From: Catajapyx aquilonaris
Taxonomy: Eukaryota
Assembly (NCBI GenBank): GCA_000934665.2
Contig: KZ538365.1
Location: 1 to 64,000 of the forward strand
Direction of reading: 5' to 3'
DNA length: 64,000 nt
Under the pieces are notes generated by a model. That model was not told the origin of the DNA and searched no databases. It was given only the letters and a program-made list of their open reading frames with translations. Positions 51,701 through 60,700 of the stretch are shown piece by piece. Each line of letters starts with the position of its first letter. Position 1 is the first letter of the stretch. Made by a program: the position numbers and the translations under genes.

Positions 51701-54700
51701 TGGACAAATGATTCAAGCCACCTAATATTAGGAGCTAATGCCGCTGATAACCACTGAAAGTAACTAGTCCAAAGTCCAAAGTGCTTACAGATAAGCGGCT
51801 TAGAGCTTCAAAAACTCTAACTAAAGTAACGTTTATTTCAATTGTAACACCCTGTACACACACTTCCTAAATACGGTACTGTAAAGATGTTTTTAAAAAA
51901 CTCCAGAGCGAAATATTATTACCTCACTGATGATCGCAGGTTATGTAAGTTACTGTATATGCATACATTAACGTCAAAAAGTTTGCAACATGTACAGTTG
52001 TACAGTACCTTATCTTTATTTGCTTATCAAATCAAATACTGGGCGGTCAGTAACTCCAGCATAAAGGGCACTTTCGTGGCCTATTCCACAGCATTATGCT
52101 CTACCTGACTTTTTCCTTAGTTGGGAGCTACTGGTATCGTTATAGCTCGTCATTCGGCGACAATACGTTCCCTTGTGAAAAATAGGGAGTACCCTGCCCA
52201 TTAGATGACCCGGCTGCCGGCGATGGAAGCCGGGTCATTTGAGCGGCAGGAGCATCCAAAAGTCTGTATACTGTGTTATACATGGAACCTGTGTAGTAAG
52301 TGCAAATATGGTTTTTGTTTACAGAATTCTCTAGTGTCGCAACAGCAAAGGCATCCTTTACTGGAAGGAGCAACTTTTGCTGCAGCACAGCAGCCAACAG
52401 CTGAGCCCTTGGAAGTGTTGGCTGTGCAAATTCCCCAAGAATCTGAAGAGACGTGGGAGGACGTGACAGTTCCAGAATTACCCAAACGGATTAAAAAGCC
52501 TCCAACTCAGGGCAGGAGCACAGTAGTTAAGAAGGTGAATAAGCGGGTTCGGGTGATTCGTAAAGTTGTATTTGTGGATGGAAAGGAGCACGTCACTGAA
52601 GAAGTAGTGGAAGAACCAGAGGAGGAAGAGGCGGGTGCTGCGAATGACTGCCAAGTTTTGGAATTTTCAGTACCGATAACGAGTAGTCATATGTCGTCAG
52701 GAATGGACCCAGTGGAGGAGGCCAAGCTTCAGGCACAGCGCCAACATCCCGATGGGGTAGTGGAAGTAGTGGAGGATCCTGACGGTACTAAAAGGATAAT
52801 TGTTCGGAAAGTGCGAACTGTACTCACGCGACAGCAGCAGCAGACTGCAGTTTTACACCGCACGACGACACAGTATGGCGATGGGGAACCACAGACTAGC
52901 ACCAGTACGTCCTTTTCTCAGGTCAATGTTCAGGGTCAGCAGGTTACCAGCTCGGTAACAAAAGATGGCAAGACCGAGACAGTTACCTCTCAGTCTTTCC
53001 AAAAACATTACGTTGCTGGTTGTCCGGAGGAGAACAAAATGGTGGAATACACTGCCCCACCGGAGGAATCTGTGACTTTCCATTCCTCCGAGTCACCAGC
53101 TGCTATTTCAGCATCTGATATGCAGATTGTTCCATCGGCAGAGAGTGGAGTGATGGACGTTGCCGAAGGATACACTGCCGCCACAGTACGCACTGTGGTA
53201 CAGCAAGTGTCTCGAAAGATTATCAGACGGCGCAGGAGAATCATTCGTAAAATTGTAGTAATAGATGGGAAAGAGCACGTGACGGAAGAGGTTGTTGAAG
53301 AACCAGAAGAAGTCGAGATTAGCGAATCGGGAGCGCCAAGTTTCAGCATCGAAGTCAATCGGGAGCTTGGGTCCGAAGACATCGTGCAAGGCGTGCTGAC
53401 TTTGCCTGACTCTGCAGCAACTTTGAGCATTATGGAGAGAAGTTTTCACGAAGACGATTCATCAGTGGCGGAAGATGCTGGAGAAGATTCGCAATCCATT
53501 CCCGTCTTGGTCTCGCACCCAGCGGACGAAGTAGATCGTGCAGTAACTCCGGAAATTATTTCCTCAAAAGTAACTGATGTTCTTGAAAAAATGTTTCATG
53601 CCGAAGCCACAGAAGCCCAACCACTCGAATCGGCTGACGCAAAGAACTATGAGGCCATTTCGAAGGTTGACATTGTCAAGGCAGTTGTAACTAGTGCCAA
53701 TGATTCCAAAGATCAGGAATGCATGGCATCCAAAGAAGTTTCTGCGGATGCTGACTTGGAGAAAATGCCTTCGATCAAGGCAAGAAAAAAGAAGCCACGA
53801 AAGAAGGGCATTGTAACGCACGATCCCGAGGATGAGGCTGTGGAAGACATTGCAACATCTTTGGAGGAAACGTCAGAATCAGCAGAAGTACCAGTAAGTC
53901 CTCATCAAACCCCCGATGTGGCAAAAATGAAGAAGAAAAAGAAGCCCAAGAAGCCCCTCGACATGAGTCAACAAGCTCCTCTGCCAGAAATACAAGTGCA
54001 AGCACCAACTCCTTTGAGTGCAGAAGCCTTTAAATTGCCGCAAGAGTGTGAAGAAACGGCAAAAATAGTAGAAATAGAAACTGGAGAAATTCTCGAAGCA
54101 CCTACTGTTCCAGACAGGAAAAAGAAGAAAGAGAGCCTGGATGACATTGTGGAAGAAGAACAAGCTTCTTCTGATGCAGCATTGCCAACAACTAATGACG
54201 TGATCGCGGAAGCTTTGAAACCGTCACTTCCCACCAGAAAGAAGAAGAAACGCGGGAAGAAAAAAGGACCTCGTACTGAGATGGAATCTTCCCAGATCGA
54301 GCCTGGAGATGATGAGGAGGAAGATGGCGACGAAGCTGAAGAAGATGCTCAAGAAACAGTGCCTAAAATACCGGAGCGAAAGAAGAAAGTGCCTTCTGAC
54401 ACCCAGGAGCTACAGAAAGTTGATCAAAATATTGAAGCAGAACCATCGGTACCAGAAAGGAAAAAGAAGAGAAAGAATAAGGGAAAGAAAGATGTCATCC
54501 AGCCAGTTGTACCAGCCAAATCAGGGCCAATGTCAGTACCAGAGGACTATGAATCTGAAACCACTACCGAATCTATCTACGTATCTACTGAGCCATCCTT
54601 CACTTCCTACGTGTCCAGCACAGATATTGCTTCCCTCGAATCTATGGTTGCAGATGATCTGGAAACACCTGCTAACGCCAAAGAGAGTTTGCCTGAGCAA

Positions 54701-57700
54701 CTTGCACAAGTATGTGTCACTTCTGCTGCCATATTAACTGACATAGAAGAACAGGCTCCAGGACCGCCGCCATGGCCACCTGACAAAGGCCCGTTACAAA
54801 CGGAATCACTTGTGACACAAACTTCTACAAATGTTATTACTGGACTTATTCCTGACGACCCCCGCGATTTGAAGGAAGGACCCCCTAAACCCAAAGAAGT
54901 GTTTGGAACGGCGACAGTCGAATCAGAGCTGCAACAAGCTCCAATGTTGGCAACCCACCGAGAAGACATAGTTGGTCAGGTCAGCACAATCGATATACAA
55001 GCAGGAAGTATTTCAGAACTTCCTCCAGGAGAAAAGGCCACACCTGTGGACCATAATACAGAACTGTTGCCTCGCACAACTGCTCAAGAAGTGTGTCTCG
55101 ACAATGTGATACTGACAGCTGACGAAACCAAAACTGTGTCTTTTGAACCTGATTTGGAAATTGAAATACCTGTGTTGCCTGACGCGGTGGTAACTCTGGA
55201 ACCAATTACTGCAGAAGGGCTTGAAACTGATCAAATTAGTGTTAGTGCAGTGGAAACCAAGATTGGACTGATTCCACCCGCCACAGAACACGAGGAAACT
55301 ACACATTGGGGGAAAGAAGACCCTCTTGACATTTCTTCAGGCCAGCAGGAGACGCTGCCACTACCAGTTACAGAACAGGAGATTGAAACCGGTTCAGTGA
55401 CAATTACGACTGTAGAGACTAAGATTGGTCTGCTTCCACCTGCCGGAGAGCACGATGAAACCATGGATTGGGGCGTGGAGGAACCTCTTGCTGTTTCTTT
55501 AGGAGAGCCAGAGATGCTGCCGCTGCCACTGACAGAACAAGAGATTGAAACAGGGTCAGTGACTGTCACTACCGTAGACACGAAAATTGGGCTAATTCCA
55601 CCTGCCGAGGAGCACGAGGAAGCCACAAATTGGGGCATCGAAGAACCACTTGAGATATCTCGTGAGCAACAGGAAATGTTATCCCCACCTCTGGTAGAAG
55701 AAGGGCCTGAAACTGACTCAGTGAAAGTCACGACGGTTGAGACAAAGATCGGGCTATATCCACCTGCAGGAGAGCAAGAAGAAACCACGAATTGGGGTAT
55801 GGAGGAACGTTTTGATGTTTCTCTAGCACAGCAGGAAAATCTGCCACCACTAGTGACAGAGGAAGGGTTTCAAGCGGGTTCAGTGACAGTCACAACTGTT
55901 GAGACAAAAATTGGGCTTATTCCCCCAGCCGGGGAAAATGAAGAGAATATTCCTTGGGGAACAGAGGAATCTTGGACTGCCTCTTTGGAACAAAGGGAAA
56001 TTCTTCAGCCACCAGAGACCGAAGAAGAGCTCTATCCAGCGTCGGTGACAGTCACTACTGTGGAGACGAAGATCGGACTAATTCCACCTTCTGAAGAGCA
56101 AGAGGAAATCACGCATTGGGACACGCATGAACCACTACAACCGTTCTCTGTCCAGCAGGAAGTTTTGGCGCCACCAATTACTGAGAAAGGCTTTGAAGTT
56201 GGCTTGGTAACATCAACTAGTGTGGATACAAAGATTGGCGAAATTCCACCAGCCAAGGAGAGCGAGGGAACTGCACGTTGGCACACGGAGGAACCTTTGC
56301 CAGTGTGTTCTGTTCAACAAGAAGTGTGGCCGACACCAGTGACGGAAGAAGGTGTTGAGTCTGGTCAAGTGACAGTCCTGACTGTGGATACAAAAGTCGG
56401 ACTAATTCCTGAAGCGGCTGCTCAACCCGAAGAATCACTGGAGCGTGTATGTAAGGAACCTGAAACAGAGGGAAAGCCGGATACGTTGCAGCCTGAGTTA
56501 CCGACTAAATCGCAACCATCGCAAATAGAAATCGAACCAATCAGTGTGCCTTTGGGGCAACAGCAGCGTGAAGAGATCTGGGAAACGGAAGAACCTCCGA
56601 GCACTCTCACTATGAAAGAGGAAACCATAGTTGAACATATCGAACCGTCGTCTCCACTATCTGAGACATTCAGGGTCTCTACGAGTGTGACTGTAGCCCC
56701 TGACGTGCAAACCGTAATCACTGCAAGAGCAGTTCCTTTTGAACCAACTCCTGGTGAACTTGCATTGCAGCCAGAACAGCCGGTTCCTGTCAAGGAACAA
56801 GCCAAGCCAACGATGGAAATAGCAAAAGTCACCTCTGGTGAAGAAGTCATATTTCCCTCGAAAGAAGCCAAACTCAGAACAAGAGAACAGCAAAACGGAT
56901 CTGCCGGCTTTGCCAGTCAAGGTTCTACTCCTCACGACCGCGTGGAAATAACTGAAATTAGCAGTATGGGACACCTACCAGAGGGGGATGAGGAAGACGA
57001 GGACAATGCGGGACGACCATTTTTCCCGTCAGACGTGCCTATAACAGTAGTGTGCAAACCTCTAGAGGTAGAAGAAATCATTCCTCCGTTGGTGGAACAA
57101 AAATTAGCGGCTGGATCAGCAGCAGTCCCCGTGGTTGAATTTCAAGAAATTGAGAGTGAAGACTACGGGCAAACTGAAGAAGCAGTGCCTCAAGTTCAGA
57201 TTGTTGAAGTTGTGGAAGGTGGCGACGTTCTCGAAGACCAACAGATGCAGCAGGCGAAAGTGCAGAGAACGAGAAGCATCATTTTGCATTACTTACGTCA
57301 ACACCCGGTAACGATACAGGTCTTCCACATTGTTCCTATGCCATCGTCTGCGGACCCAATGGACACCGACATGGAAGAGAAGCAAGACAGACTGGAAGAG
57401 TGTGTGTCTAGGTTGAAAAGTGCTATCGGCAACGGCGAAGAGTTAGTAGTAGAAGAAAACATTGCCACCATGGTTAAGACCATCACTACCTGGCTAGAGA
57501 CGATCGAATACCGTATCTACGTAGTAAAGAAAATGGCCAATGTAGACGAACAACGGAAACAATTTGAAATGCTGCAGCAAGAGATTGTGGTTATTGAGGA
57601 TACTTTAGTGGTGGTCGAAGAAGTGACTGAACGATCCCTGGGGTTGCAGGAAGGGACTACGTTGTTTATCAAGCAGTGCATGAAAGACTTGCGTCTGCAA

Positions 57701-60700
57701 GCCAAAGCCGTTGAACAAGTAAACCAAGAGGGAGGGCAAAAGCTGCAAGCTACTCAAGAAAAATGGGAAGAATTTACGGAAGGCCTACAAACCGTCAGTC
57801 AGCTGATCCAAGAAGTTCAGCTGCAGCTCAAGCAAGTTATCGAGTCAGAGCAACCGATGGAGAGCAAAGTGGAAGAACTGGACTTAATTGAAATTGCCAA
57901 CAAGAGCCACACCACCAAGCTCATCTATTTAATCGCCACTGGGAATCATTTGCTGCGAGATCTTCCCAACTACGACATGCCTCCCATGATATTCGAATTG
58001 TATGACACTGTTCGGCACATTGAGAAAACCGTGACATGGGAGCGAGAACGGCTCTTGCAACTCATGTCACTGACCGAGGAATATGAGCAGACTCTAGAAG
58101 AATTTGCGCAAATCATCGAGGTAGCAGACGCCCTGGTGGAGAGCCCCATCATTGCCTTGCATCTGAATCACCTTCAGGAAGAACTGCAAAAGCACCGCAG
58201 GTTCTTTGCCAATCTCAGCCACTGCCAACAAGTTTTGGAATCTCTGGAGGCCAACCTGGATCCAGCCACTCGTGCCTCCCATCACGAGATGCACTCGAGA
58301 TTGCATCATCAAGCTTCAGTAATCCTGGACAAGGCCGCCCAAAGAGCACAGCAGATGGCCATGGCTGCCTCGAGATGGACGGTGCTGGAGAGAGGAATGC
58401 AAGAAGAGAGTGGTTGGCTTCAACTTACACAGCAAAGAGTGCCGGGCCTGGAGTCAGTATCTTGTGCCGATTACGAGCAATGCTTTGCATTATTCCAGAG
58501 CCTGTATTCGGACGTGGTGGTCCACCAAGCGCGTCTGACTCAGCTCAGGAGCATTGCTGAAAATCTTCAAGGCATCCTGACATGTTCGGGCCTAGAGACA
58601 AAGTATGACTACCTTGCCGAGACTATTCACAGGCTGCAAGAGGTGGTGACTGCAGGTCTGCAGAGACTAGTCGCCTTCAGAGAAGCTTGGAATAACTACG
58701 AACAACTGACCGACCGCCTGCAGGGCTGGCTGGAAAAATCAGAGAAGAAGCTTGATGCCATCCTGGCGCACAAACTTTCTGGTCGAAATTTGAAAGAATT
58801 TTGGGAGTTAAAAGCACAGTTAGAAGTGCAGCAAGCTGTCAGGAACGAGATTATCGTGTGCTTTGAACAGGCTCTAAGAGCGTTGCCCATCATTGATGAA
58901 CCGGCTCAAAGACAGTTTTACAGTCAGCTGGACGACCGATGGACCTCCCTGTCCGCGAGAGTGATGGCAGTTGACGCTACCTTGCAGCAGGACGACACAG
59001 CTGACGAGATTAACGTCGAGGAAACTCTCCACACCGTGGGTAAGGAGTTGGACGAGATTCAAGAGGTGGTCGAGAGCCTTACCGTCGTCATCGAGACGGA
59101 AGACGACTTGTACGAGTATCTGGAGAAGTTGCAGGTACTCAAAGCCCAAATAGTCAACAAGCTAAACCATTTGAACGTTCTCAAGAGTCGCAGATTGACA
59201 ACAAAAGAAGCAGAGACCTTGGGTGGATTGCTCCACACCATCCACACCTTGGATTATCAAATCACCGAAGAACTGGAAGCAGCTCAGGTTATCCGGGATA
59301 AGTTTACCAGTTTTAACAAGATGGCTATCAAAGTCAAACGACTCCAGGACAACCTGAAAGCCAAGGTGGACCAGTGGACTACGTTCGTTGAGCTGTCTCA
59401 CGATATACTCCAGCAGACCATCAAGAACTGCGACGGCATCGACGAAGAAGTTGAAACACAAAGGCACGATCTCCGAAGACTCTCGGGAGTGTTGGTTGGC
59501 TTTCCTTCAACGGAGCACTTGTCCATCAGCACTGCCAAATTGGAGAGCGAAGTAGCCGAATTAGAAGCCAACCTTCAGACGCTGACCACCCGGGTCAAGG
59601 AGCTGCAGAAGAAAGTTCAGGAGCACCTCGGCTTGTGGCAGCAGTACGAACACACCCTAGAGTTGCTAAACCAGTGCGTCCACGAAACTCAGTACGTCAT
59701 GGACATCCTGGACGTCAATGGAGTTGTCGACTACGATCGAGTTCAAGCGGCCACCGAGAAGCTAGAGGTATGTATTGGATTCATTTCTTGCGTTTTTGTG
59801 GGCGTGGCTAATTCATATCAGACCAAATTGGATTTTTATCGTCATATCTACCCCCATGCTAATTGAGGATAGTGTCGCAGGTTTTAAGTAAGATCCATCC
59901 GATTACTGGTTACCGACAAGGATGCCAAATTCTTGCGAACAATATTTCTTAGCTGCATGTTTTTCCTGACTGATCTTGTGTGCTGTTTTGTTATTGTAAC
60001 TCGAAGGAATGTCTGACTCTCTGATTTGCTATAGGTCGCGACTCACGAGTTATTCCAATTCAGATCACGCCATCTAATATTGGTTGCACTGGTTTGGTTA
60101 CAAGCCAAGGACCAGGGTGTAAAAATAGGATGACGACATAGCACACTGGGAATAATATATGCCTGTATTTCTTTCCATCGGATGCAGAGGTGACGTATAA
60201 GCGCCGAGATGCGTGCTGAAATATCTGGTTCAAAATAGTGGTCCTAGCTGCTTCAGACTGACCCGATGGTGGGGTAAGAACTATCTGCATAGTGCATCTT
60301 TATGGATGTCAATGCGCTCTGTAAATAGGTTAGTGAATCAGGACGGGGAGATTATGCCTTGCGGTAAGATGTAAGAGGGCATCTTGTGATAACTCCGAAC
60401 TTGGCCTCTGCCCCCACCCCTTTCTGTATCGGAAAATGCGGAAATAAGTGATACACTGAGATATACAAAGCTCCAGTGTTGGTAATATGTATACCGCCAG
60501 TGTCAGGAGCGCCTAGGACCACGTGACTAATCCGAACCGGAGATAAAATAAGGAAAAGTTCCGTTCTCGGGAATTTTGTCGCCTATTTTCTGGAAGAGAG
60601 CCAAGGTGATGACGAAGACATGCCATGACTTTTTTTTTTAAACGCTGGTGGCATTTAGGATTTACGACCGTGTTTATGTCATTCACGTGTATTACCAGTG

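Larger units (their letters stand above)
50850..51854. mobile_element. Tc1/mariner-type MITE hosting a nested element
   Basis: TA-cagcgtgttccatttgaaat ... atttcaattgtaacaccctg-TA. Confidence 0.65.

Noticed and set aside
55200..56420. CRISPR-like regularly spaced repeats
   Set aside because: In-frame protein repeat within a eukaryotic exon; whole units are homologous, with no unique spacers
38699..59467. Many minus-strand and alternate-frame ORFs overlapping the giant exons
   Set aside because: Expected shadows of long biased coding sequence (poly-Phe/Ser mirrors of poly-Lys/Glu); no independent coding signal
60035..60133. Possible terminal exon VATHELFQFRSRHLILVALVWLQAKDQGVKIG* with a hydrophobic stretch
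   Set aside because: Hydrophobic run too short for a transmembrane helix, no KASH PPPX end, no other support
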